Source: Tubiluchus corallicola (lineage: Eukaryota > Animalia > Priapulida). Taken from it: DNA of 64,000 bases. The translations under genes and the position numbers were made by a program. The notes below the pieces were generated by a model. That model had not been told where the DNA came from. It was given only the letters and a program-made list of their open reading frames with translations, and ran no database searches. The stretch's first letter is position 1. Each line of letters begins with the position of its first letter. The DNA lies in assembly GCA_030141605.1 (NCBI GenBank), contig JAQGDQ010000031.1, positions 434,001 through 498,000 on the forward strand. The letters run 5' to 3'. Positions 13,327-23,942 of the stretch are shown in pieces.

Positions 13327-14138
13327 GGTTCTGGTCGATTTTCGCCGAGCGATAACCTAGTCAATATGATTGCTTAGCGCAATATGACGATCTGCACTTC
13401 TCTCACGATTGTTCGCGGACCGTCATCGTTTCTATGCCCAGTACGTTTTGTGCAGAATTCTTTGAAAATACACATTACGCTGAAACAGTGAAAATGCTGA
13501 ACATATTTGAAACGTTAATTCATTTGACTGAATAAATAAATTGTTAGCTTAAATGACGTTTTTCAGTTGTTTTTATATTATTATAAGTTACATAATATCA
13601 GATTTTTCTTTCGGAAATATTTATTGGCCCTATTAAGATCTAGCCCTGAAGAGGGCTGGTTTGATGAAAATGCTAGTGTTTAATCGGCTGGATACAACTG
13701 TGTCATATGAAGTAAAATACACTCCATTGCGTCTCGTTTATGGTGCTGCCACCACATAAATTCATCGAGATGCAATGGGAGTGTGGTGAATGCACATCCA
13801 TGCATTGCCGTCAATTTTGCCTTGCAGTTTTTCCACATGCACTCGACGTTGTTTGTGTGGGTGCCAGTTCCTGATTTAACAAAGTTGTTTTTATGATTGA
13901 CCGCCTTGTGCATATAATTCTGCTCTAGTTGTTAAATTCCAGGGATGAAATATGCTGCCCACTGGTCGCTTCAAATATGATTCTTGGTGCAATGTGTTGC
14001 TGGATCAGTGGAATCAACATATGGGCAGATCTGTCCTCTACCTACACAAGGAAGCCTAGACTTGTGTTGCAGATCGTCATATTGCGACAAGCAGTCATAT
14101 TGAAATAGGCGATTGCTCAACGAAAATCGGGCGGTACC
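13327..14138 (-). mobile_element. Merlin (IS1595/ISXO2-like) DNA transposon, internally deleted relic
   Basis: About 70-bp imperfect TIRs starting GG, with near-TSD TAGATTCCA/TGGATTCTA. Disrupted transposase remnants GFLV*VEDRSA..LIPLIQQHIAP, SDQWAAY, and HKAVNHKNNFV..TGTHTNNVECMW...LHLDEFMW (13680-13913). Confidence 0.8.
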
Positions 14139-14247
14139 TGGATTCTAATAGAGTGCCCGTAGAAGAACTGGTATTACTGAACTGGTGCAGACATGGCTTT
14201 GCTTTATCCACATGTTATGGTTCATTTAGCTTTTGACCTACAGCAAA

Positions 14248-14259
14248 TGCGCATGCGCG
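14248..14259. promoter_or_regulatory. NRF-1-type motif, putative promoter of the UBF-like gene
   Basis: TGCGCATGCGCG fits YGCGCAYGCGCR. It lies about 680 bp upstream of the ATG, with a splice acceptor ttttatag| at 14894 just before the ATG. Confidence 0.45.
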
Positions 14260-14933
14260 TAACGAAACTGTGAAAAGGCTTATTATGTTGATTATGTTCA
14301 ATGTTTTAACTTCTGCTAAGTGTGAGGCTGTTATCTAACTGAGTCTGAATCAGATGTAAAAACATCTTCAATTGTTAACCATGAACTCAATGTGAAAACA
14401 GCTGAAAAGGCAAAACTCCAAAGTTCCAGGATTTAAAAAGTTACCAAGCCAGTGATGTAGTCAGTTTGTGTACAGTGGGTATCTGTGATTGCTCTAAACA
14501 GCTGTATAGCAGTGAATCTATAATTGAGGCGGCATGTTTAAATGCTATTGGCATTTTGAATGAACGTGGAATGGGGTTCATTATAAAGGCTTATTTCGCT
14601 GTTATGTACGGTTCAAGATTGGGATATGCAATTAAAACAAAGCAAATACTTTATTAGTTTTATTTTTCTGTGCACGGTTTTTGGCTTTAACACTTTTTTA
14701 TGTACGTTGCTTTTATTATCAATACACAATTACTTATTTCTAATGGGTTTTCTTCAAATTAATGCGTAATTACGCAAATACTCGCCTTGCTGGAGTACTG
14801 TTTATATTGAAGGATTCAGTGAGACTCGATGCAATACTTATAGAAGAAAAACAATAAGTGTCTTTAGCTTAAACCTGTCACCACTCTTTTATAGGTTTGA
14901 GAAGTTTTGGTTTGAAGCTTTTTTTACTAAACA

Positions 14934-17690
14934 ATGGCTAAAGACAGGGAAGGCAAACATGCAAGAAAGACACACAAGCGAAAACACATATCAGATTCTG
15001 ATAAAAACGGCAGAGAAAATGTTGTTGAACTAAAGAAAGCAAAACTGGAAAAACCTGAAACGCCAGAACACGTATCAGTTTTACAAAGTATTGATGAGCA
15101 TGGCGAAGAAAACGAAAACGACACTGTTCGTCATCAGCCAGCACATGAGAAAATTGATAGAGGTAGTTGGTCCATAGAAGACCATGCAATACTTTTGCAA
15201 AAAGTAGAGCAATTTTTACCCGAGGATGACCAAATGCCTTACCAACAGCGCTTAAAGCATATCACTTGGCAAACGGTTGCTTTCGGTGCTCACACTGACA
15301 GTGATTGTAAACAAAAGATGAGTCAGCTAGTGTCTGTCCTCCAGAAACTGAAAACACTCAGGAGTTTGATAAGTGATATCCAAACACTGCTTGATGGTAA
15401 TGCTGAAGTACTATTAAATCCATCCTCCCATAGGCGTAAGAAACCAGATGAGCCTAAGAAACCGCTTACAGCGTATTTCATGTATTACAAGACAAACATG
15501 CAAAAATTCCGAAAGAAACATCCTGCTATGTCTGCAACAATGATCACAAAATCACTTGCAAAAAAGTATAAAAAGCTGAGTGATAAGAAGAAAGAAAAAT
15601 ATATTACACTGGCTAATGCAGATAGGCAACGTTACAATGAGCAAATGGAGCAATATATCAAAGACCATCCGGCTGAGGCCCGAAGAAAAGTAGAAAACTC
15701 AGATATGCCCAAGAAACCAACTTCAACATATTTCACGTTCTTCCAAAAGAATTTGAAAAAGTTTCGCAAGAAACATCCAGACATGTCCATGCCCGAGGTT
15801 ACAAAAGCACTTGCTCAAAAATATAAAAATTTGAGCGAAGAGGAAAAAAAGACTTATGCAGACTTATCGAAAGCAAACAAACAACGATATGAAGAAGAAA
15901 TGGAGCAGTACAGGAAAGATCATCCAAAAAAAGAGAACCCGCCAAGACACGCTAAGAGCAAAAAATTGGAAATGTTGCGACTACCAAAATCAGCTAAGAA
16001 CTTGTACATTGATGCAAAGTTGGAAGAGTTTATTCGAAACAACCCTGATGAAAGCAAGCAGGATTATCGTCGACAACTTTATCAGAAGTGGGACCAGCTG
16101 AAGAGTAAAAAGAAAATGGTCTGGATAAAAAAAAGAGAAGATCTTCTCAGTAAATACGAAGAAGCAAGAAAGAATCTGCACAATGGTGACGAAGGTATAG
16201 GTGCCAGTGGTGATGCTGCATTGAGCAAAGCCGAGTTAAAAATTAAGGAAGAGATGATCGGAAAACCAGAAAAACCGCCTCCAACTGGTTATGCCTTATT
16301 TGTAAAAGAAAAGAAAAAACAGCTGTCTGAAATGCCAAGCAATGAGCGCTACAAAAGGGCGATGTATCTTTGGTCAGTGCTTACTGCTGCTGAAAAAGTT
16401 GAGTGGAACAACAAAGCACACGAGAAAATGATTGAATATAAACGAGAATATGAAGAGTTTGTGCAGTCCTTAGCAGGTGAAGAACGCAAGTTTTATGAAA
16501 AGCAAATGCTCAGTGCACTAGACCGGTACATTCAGGAAAAGACGGAGGACTTTCAAAATAGCCACCCTTGGCTTCCACCTGAAGCAGTTAATGAAATAGT
16601 TGCAAATCGATTTAACAACTTACCAGAATCTCAAAAGGGAAATTTATTTAAGCAACCTAGCAGTGCTCACTCACAGAAAGCAACCAGGCTTGCATACTAT
16701 AAACAACACGGATTACCAAACCCTCCACCTAACAGTGCTTCTAAACTATATATTGCAAAGCAGATAAAAAAACTCAAGATACCTCCAAACGAAAGGTTTA
16801 AGGTCGCCAACGAGAAATGGGTTCAGCTGTCTGAACAAAGGAAAGCTAAATATAAAGTCAAGTTTCAGAAAGCAAAAGAGAAATATGCAAAAGCCATAGC
16901 AGACTTCGAAAAAACTTTATCAGAAGAGGAACTACAGTATTTCAAATTTCTAATTTGCGGGTCAAGTAAATGTTCACTCGCAAATGTGAAAAAACATACA
17001 GAACATGATAATGACTCTTTAAGTGCTCTAACAACTAAAACATCAGAAACGTCGACAAGGGGCCAGCGGCCTGTTAAAATTCATCTGGAAGAAGCTGGTA
17101 AACAGCCGATGAAGCAGCAGAAAGCCTTAATAAAGCCATCAGAGGAAAAAGCTGGTAGCGAGAGTAATGACAACAGCAGTGGCTCAGATGACGACTATGA
17201 AGAATCAAAAAAGGGAGAATCTTCCAGTAGCAATGAAGAGCGCAAGTCAACAGCATCTTCACACATGGATTTTGATGCAAATAAAAATGGTCAGCCACCC
17301 AGCAATGGTGAAAGCAAAACCCTTGCTATAAGTAAGATCCCAGAAAGTAGTAGTGGTGCTGACAGCAGCAGTGAATCTGGCTCTGAAGGAAAATACATGC
17401 ACGGGCATACTCAAACATTTTCTACAGAACCAGTCATTACTAGAAAGAAGACATCATCGAGTAGTAGTGGTGCCAGTGAGTCTGATGATGATGACGACAC
17501 AAAAAAACCAATTCAATCACAAATGCATCAAGATGGTAGCAGAAATAAACACCGCCAGTCATCGAGTAGCAGTGAATCCAGTGACGACGATGATGTTCCA
17601 GCACTAGTATTAACAAAGCCAGTTACAGCTAAGGCAACTACACCATCCAGTAGTAGTGAGGAAAGCAGCCGTGAATCTGGTGATGAGTAA
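14934..17690 (+). CDS. UBTF: Nucleolar transcription factor UBF (upstream binding factor)-like, multi-HMG-box protein, single-exon CDS, 918 aa
   Basis: UBF N-terminal dimerization domain (WSIEDH...W.TVAF...DCK.K...KLKTL..LI.DIQ). Multiple HMG boxes (PKKPLTAYF, PKKPTSTYF, LPKSAKNLY, LSKAE...GKPEKPPPTGYALF, PNPPPNSASKLY). Ser/Asp/Glu-rich tail. Uninterrupted ORF. Confidence 0.9.
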   Translation: MAKDREGKHARKTHKRKHISDSDKNGRENVVELKKAKLEKPETPEHVSVLQSIDEHGEENENDTVRHQPAHEKIDRGSWSIEDHAILLQKVEQFLPEDDQMPYQQRLKHITWQTVAFGAHTDSDCKQKMSQLVSVLQKLKTLRSLISDIQTLLDGNAEVLLNPSSHRRKKPDEPKKPLTAYFMYYKTNMQKFRKKHPAMSATMITKSLAKKYKKLSDKKKEKYITLANADRQRYNEQMEQYIKDHPAEARRKVENSDMPKKPTSTYFTFFQKNLKKFRKKHPDMSMPEVTKALAQKYKNLSEEEKKTYADLSKANKQRYEEEMEQYRKDHPKKENPPRHAKSKKLEMLRLPKSAKNLYIDAKLEEFIRNNPDESKQDYRRQLYQKWDQLKSKKKMVWIKKREDLLSKYEEARKNLHNGDEGIGASGDAALSKAELKIKEEMIGKPEKPPPTGYALFVKEKKKQLSEMPSNERYKRAMYLWSVLTAAEKVEWNNKAHEKMIEYKREYEEFVQSLAGEERKFYEKQMLSALDRYIQEKTEDFQNSHPWLPPEAVNEIVANRFNNLPESQKGNLFKQPSSAHSQKATRLAYYKQHGLPNPPPNSASKLYIAKQIKKLKIPPNERFKVANEKWVQLSEQRKAKYKVKFQKAKEKYAKAIADFEKTLSEEELQYFKFLICGSSKCSLANVKKHTEHDNDSLSALTTKTSETSTRGQRPVKIHLEEAGKQPMKQQKALIKPSEEKAGSESNDNSSGSDDDYEESKKGESSSSNEERKSTASSHMDFDANKNGQPPSNGESKTLAISKIPESSSGADSSSESGSEGKYMHGHTQTFSTEPVITRKKTSSSSSGASESDDDDDTKKPIQSQMHQDGSRNKHRQSSSSSESSDDDDVPALVLTKPVTAKATTPSSSSEESSRESGDE

Positions 17691-19039
17691 AAATGTATCC
17701 AGTAACTGTACTGTGCAATGAATGCACAGTACGACGACTCTAATGCATTCCAACAAAAAATGACATTAAGTGAAACTTCTTTAAATGAAGTCAAAACTTT
17801 CATAGAAAGTAATGTAAAAAAATTGAGATGCGTCCCAGAGGCAAAATTCAATGTTGCTTAAAGTGTGTAAATTAAACATCTTATGAGTTTTATTCATATT
17901 TTTACTGATAAATTTCTTTGTTTGCTTGAAACCAGCCATCTTTATTACTAATACCTAGCTAACGGTTTGTCTTTCTTTAATGTTGAAAACCGATGCAGTT
18001 AGCCGTTAAATACTGCAAAATAAATACCAAGCCTTCGGGTGACTTTGGGACAGTTTCATGTATATGCTCAGTCTGGTTGTTATAACAGCAGATTTCAGGC
18101 AAAACTCGTGTGTCTGGAGGTCTGTAACTTACAAATGGATCTCGCTTGTTAAAATAGCTTTTAAGTCATTCAGAAAACGAAAACATAATAAGAATTGTAC
18201 TGTTCTACAGTACTAGTGCATTTTTAAAGCAGGATAACGTAATATGTACTGTTTTAATGCTTCAAGTAAGTAAAAAGTTGTTGATAAAATAAAAAATGGC
18301 TTTGAGAAAAGTAAAGAAATTGTCATTAAAGTGAAACATGCATCACTAAGTGGGAAGGCATTGAATATTCATCATTGTTAAAACAAAACGTTGCTAAACG
18401 GGGAAAGCAGTAACCGAACACTTACTGTAATTTCGTTTCGGTTTGATCGATCATTGCGTGCACGTAGCTAGCTATGTGTATGAGAGACAGACGCTTTCAT
18501 GTTTTTAAAATACATCCATAGTGTTCTCATTATGCAATCAGTATAGTGTCTTTGTCCTTTGTACAGATGGAATCTATAAACATGTTGTATTGCAATTCAC
18601 AATAAAGTATTTTATCTGTAACTGTAAATTTATAATCCAGTTATATACGCAGATTAAATATTGTAATATTAATGTACTTACTATTTGCATGGTTATCAGC
18701 CTTAGTTTTTGTTTGCTAATCATTAGCAAACTATATTTATTCGGTTTTAGAATTTATCTTTAATTACTCATTATTTATACAATGTTGTAATGTGTAACTA
18801 GTACTTTAAAATATCTCGAGAATTTTTTGTTGTAATCATGAAGACTGTCGACTTGTACAGCAACGTTTGTTGACAAATAGTGAGTTTATTAGATTTATTT
18901 TATGCATATCAGAAAATACCAGGGTATGTAGGTTGTAGAAACAGTTAGATTTTTGCTTTTTGTAATAGGTCTGTTCTCTGTAACCACTGTCGTAGATAAA
19001 ATGTTAATTGCGCACAGAGAGATGTACACAGTGTATATA

Positions 19040-19505
19040 CAGTTAACCTCAGATATAAGGAACACGTGTCGGGACCAGAAAAAACCGTCCCTTATATCCG
19101 ATTTCCTCATAGCCGAAGTTGAGTCAGACCGAAGGTGTATCTAGACCTGTAAATTTCTGCACTTTTACCCATATTTTTAAGGATTATTGCTACTCATTCA
19201 GTGCAAACGGTATGTACGAAGTTCCTTCAGTGATGCGAGACGTATGTGACCGCGGAAACCGACTTGTTCGAAGGCGAAGTTTGGGAAAAATTGTTGATCA
19301 ATTTCGCTTTGATCATAGGGTTCCTTATATGCGAGGTAATCTACCTGGGTTTCTATTACGCGGGACCTGAAGATATCATCCCGGAAGTGTCTTATATCTG
19401 AGAACCTTATATATGAAAATTTTTACATAGGAAAAACGCTACGAAAAATCGGGACCGTTGTTGGTGGTCCTTTATAAGCGAGTACCTTATACCCGAGGTT
19501 GACTG
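19040..19505. mobile_element. Tc1/mariner-pogo-type MITE
   Basis: TIRs CAGTTAACCTCAGATATAAGG and CCTTATACCCGAGGTTGACTG with TA on both sides. Confidence 0.8.
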
Positions 19506-20259
19506 TAACAATGATCATGTAACTAACCTGGACTAAACGTTAATTGTGCATGTTGTGAAGTCTACATGAGTGCATGTATTGTAAAAGTAACTAATTTTGT
19601 TCTCGAAGAGACATGTACATGGACACTGGATAAAATGTCATTTTGATGCCAAAGTACATTGATATTATGGTATATACATACCGTGTAGTAGTAAAACATA
19701 CCACATGTCAGTTTTTACTACTACAGTCGACTGCTCAAAATGGACGTTTTCTCATAATTCAATCTCATGGTGATTTATATTCCGGTGTATTACACATAAT
19801 TTTGAAAAATTATTGTAAAAAAATTATAGTAAAGATTATTGTAAAAGTCGACATATAATATGAAATAAAAGGATATCATAATAGATGAACGCTAATGAAA
19901 CTTAGTAAACAACTGCTGATGCATACACAAAATTTATTATTCGGGTACGGAAGCACAGACTGACATTAAATGTCAATGATTGTAGAACTGCTGAACACAG
20001 TTAACACATGACTACAAATAATAGCAATACTTGGTGAAATTTAGTAATTATCATAAAAGATGGGAAAACATTATTAACACAAAACTGTACAGATTTCAAT
20101 GTTCAGCAACATAATCTCATACGACTCTGGGTTTGGTTAAAAATGAAACATGTAACTCGCTCGAAATTTCAACCATACTCAGTCATACTATATATAGACA
20201 TAATAATAAAAATAATTAAATGAAATGATCACCTAAAAAGCTGGACGTAAGGGAAATAG

Positions 20260-20310
20260 CAACTGAAGTTAAGCAAAGACGAGCCTGGTCATTAAACGAA
20301 TTGGTGATGG
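20260..20310 (+). pseudogene. 5S rRNA-like internal fragment (pseudogene or SINE remnant), duplicated near 31253-31300
   Basis: ACTGAAGTTAAGCAAAGACGAGCCTGGTCA resembles the 5S internal control region (GAAGTTAAGC...GGCCTGGTTAG). Box C is degenerate. Confidence 0.35.
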
Positions 20311-20634
20311 GGGAAACTGCTTTTGAGATATAACATACAGTGTCTAGATGCCTCTGTTAGCAATGTTACATTTTAAGGAATTATCCCGATAAGTACGATT
20401 CTGGCGCAGGCACAACCATGTACAATAAAGCATTTTCTTGTCTTTGCCACATTCATCTACAAGCCTATATGACAGAGCTAGATCTACACATGAATTCAAA
20501 GCTTCAAGCCCAATAGTTGGTTCCGAAACACGCGTTCCACCTCACTACAAAGAAATTCACTCGCATCCCAAAAATGAGAATTCAATTACAAGAACTAAAT
20601 CTTCATTCCTAGTAGACAAACCCTGAGTTAATGA

Positions 20635-20719
20635 CTACTTTTTCTTGTCCCAGAAACCACCGACTGCAATGGCAACGTTTTCTCCAAACTCTGATGGCAT
20701 GTATTCCACTTGCCACATG
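20635..20719 (-). pseudogene. Orphan duplicate of the 3' part of the C6orf89-like terminal exon
   Basis: Matches 31618-31702 (MWQVEYMPSEFGENVAIAVGGFWDKKK*) but lacks the splice acceptor and first codons. Confidence 0.75.
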
Positions 20720-21528
20720 TGGAGAAAACTGTCTTCATTTCTCAATTCTCCATAAGACGTGTAATTTTTCTCGACGATTTGAAAACTTTGACTGTATGTC
20801 AGATAATTTTCAAACGAGTCTAGCAGTTACATCATATCTTCCTTAACCGTACAAATTATAATTATAATGCATGCTCCACTTTTACTTTTGCTTCATATTT
20901 TGTTTTTCTGACTACAAAGATCATGTTATTTTATTTTGCTCATTGCTTCAGAAGTTATCATTAAGTTGCATTATATTTTTCATTGATTTTGAAAAAAATA
21001 TGTAATCTATTTTGTTTTTCTCACTACATATATTGATTTTATTATATTAATTTGCTCATGGTTTCAAAGTTATCAATGAGTTTTATTATACTTTCGCACT
21101 GATTCGTATGTAGTTTATTTGGTTGCATTTTCATACTTCAGCGTATATTTTGTTTGCTCCATTTCTGTTTCTCCGTATTTATTCTCTTGTTCCATAGGCC
21201 ATGCAGTAATATAAAGAAATGACATATTTGATTGAATACCATTGCATATTTCCGTTCCATAATATTTCGTTCATTTTTATCATATATATTTTGTTTTTTT
21301 AGTGATTCTTCATGTATAATTCAATTTCTTTTCCATTTGGTTTGACTTGATTTTATAGCTTAATCAGTTAATTATATTTTCTTACAACATAGTTGGTTGA
21401 ACATCCGTATCATAATTATTGTGTCCGTGTCGCATATACTCGATTTAGTTACTGCATTTTCAAGTTCAATTTTGTCCCCAATAGATTTACAGTAGCAGTT
21501 GATTTTCGTCTTCTCATACCCTGTACAG

Positions 21529-21932
21529 TAGGGGTGAGCATTCTCTACCAGAAAGCGAATTCGAACCGAATTTGTGACTTTCGAATTTGAATCGAACCGA
21601 ACGTCAGTGTTTCGAATTCGGGGCGAATTCGAATTGACATTAAAAGATTTTCGAACAAGTTTTCGAACCACTAGTGAAAATTAGTCTTAGAAAGATCATG
21701 CATATCACTCAATTTTGTTCTGCAATAAAACGACTAGTAATTTGTTTAAAATTGTGCACAGAAATCACAGCAAAATTATGCTAATTGCATGATGTTTCGG
21801 TCGTTTTAATGATAAAGAACACTATATGATTGAAGTGCTGAATTATTCGAATCCCATAGCTTTAGCTGCGAATTGACTTCGAACTAAAAAAAGTCGTTCG
21901 AATCGAATGCGAACGTTCGATGCTCACCCCTA
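21529..21932. mobile_element. hAT-type MITE (duplicate of 12173-12581)
   Basis: Same TIRs and CTGTACAG TSD. Confidence 0.85.
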
Positions 21933-22341
21933 CTGTACAGTAGTGCTACAAATTTTTTACAATTTGCACTAACTTGAGAAGGGTAGCTGCATGACATGAT
22001 GACCAATCGATAATGACCATTGGTGATTATGATTATTAGACATGATGATTATTGATCTTTTGCTATCCTTTCTCCTGCACCTCTAGCACTTACCTTTATT
22101 CACAATTTTTCTTGATCAATTATTAATTATGGCAATAATAGTCTATATTGCATTCTGGTGTAAATGAGGAGATAAGTGAAAAATGTCTATGTCTTGTATA
22201 TGAGTCACGAGTGTGTGGTCATTCCAACTAAACATAAAATGAAGTTGACTCAAATTGCACACACTCAGTAAAAGTTTCCGCATTGAATTCAATTCAATTC
22301 AATTTATTTATTATCTCCGCTAGAATGATAAAAATACATGC

Positions 22342-23279
22342 TGTTGGGAGCCGTTTGGACCACTGCGCCAAGTAGACCACTTGATGCGCTAAAAGTAGTG
22401 TCCTACATGGGCAGCCCAAGTAGGACACTAGCGATTTTTGTCGAGAAACTTGCTCTGGCAAAACTTGTTTCCAGTTTATATTACCATTGTTTATAAGTAT
22501 TGTTATGACATAATAAAGCATAAAACAAAATTTCTTTTAGAAATGGATATTCCTTGGCAATTTACAAATGCATTTCTTACAATAATTTCATCATTATGAT
22601 TAACTCCATTAATATCATTAAACCTAGTATCTAATGCTTTAAAGAGAGAAATTCTGCACACAGTTATTACAGAAATAATTGCAAATTTAAAAATGAGACA
22701 GATGCTGCTAAGCCTTCACAACACCAAAAAGTAATTTTTAACATTTAAGAAAAGCAAGGATAATTAGTTTTAATATTATCAGTAGTATTGTAACATGTAG
22801 GGCACTGTCCTACATGGCTCGCTAGCCCATGTAGGACACATAGATCGCTAGAACGTTTACTTATAAGAAAACAATTATTTGCCCAAGAGGTAGTGAAACG
22901 GATCACCTGTTTGTGAAGTGAGACAAAATCAAAAATGATATACCTTAAACAAATGTTGAATTCGCAAAAAAATGGGGGTTTTTCACTTCAACAACATTAA
23001 TATCGAAACCAAATTTAATATTGTCCGTTCTACCAGCTCAGAATAAAATTCTTTTATTTTATTAGACGTATAATAAATTATTCAACGTGTATTAACGTTT
23101 TTAATTATTATTATTACATAAACAAGCACAACGGACGGTGTCAGTACACTTAACGACTGAATTCACGACCTGTCAAGTAGACTCTAGTGTCCTACTCTAG
23201 TGTAGACCGCGGTCTACTTGGGCTAGCCCAAGTAGACCAATTGGTCTACTTGGCGCAGTGGTCCAAACGGCTCCCAACA
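22342..23279. mobile_element. Non-autonomous TIR element with TGT...ACA ends nested in the LINE 3' UTR (Ginger-like, tentative)
   Basis: Perfect TIR of about 38 bp (TGTTGGGAGCCGTTTGGACCACTGCGCCAAGTAGACCA) and 5-bp TSD CATGC (22337-22341, 23280-23284). Confidence 0.8.
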
Positions 23280-23942
23280 CATGCAATACAGTATAAAGAA
23301 TACATGCAATATTTTGAAGCAAAGGAGAAGGGCAGCGAAGTACCCGTAGGTTATCAAGTCAGCCACCCTTAAACAGTTATGATTAAATAAACTTAATTAT
23401 GGCATGGTTATCAATTTAAAGTTGTATTCGGTTGATGTGTGTATTTGGCAATTAAATGATAGGTATTAAACTATTATAATACTGTAGAACATATAGTTAA
23501 AATAACGAAAGATTTACAATTCTAAAATACTGTGAATCATGCGAAGCAAACACAATAAAAATAACTTGAGATTTTTAACATAACAGAAAATGCATAATTT
23601 GAGCATTAACTAAAAAATCCGGCAAAAAAACAAAAAACAGTAGAATGATCAACCAAAGCTGTCGAGAAAAAAATATAATACTAATAGATTCAACCAAGGA
23701 AAAATAAGGCAAATATAAATCATACAAAACAAAACAAGAAACAGAAGCAAATAAGAAAAAACAAAACTGAAATGTTGTAATAATACATCAATGACTGAAT
23801 TTGTCGAGAAAGAAACTATTTCAACTGTAAATCAGACAAAATGAAATCAAAATATAACAAAAACTTAAACAAAATCTTTAAGTGTCGTAGCAATGAAAAA
23901 AAATATGTATAGTATCACATGTATATAAGCAAAATGTCTCAT

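Larger units (their letters stand above)
11365..20719 (+). repeat. Tandem segmental duplication, copy A (about 9.4 kb)
   Basis: The sequence from gagaaaactgtcttca (11365) to cttgccacatg (20719) recurs nearly identically from 20722 to 31702. Confidence 0.95.
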
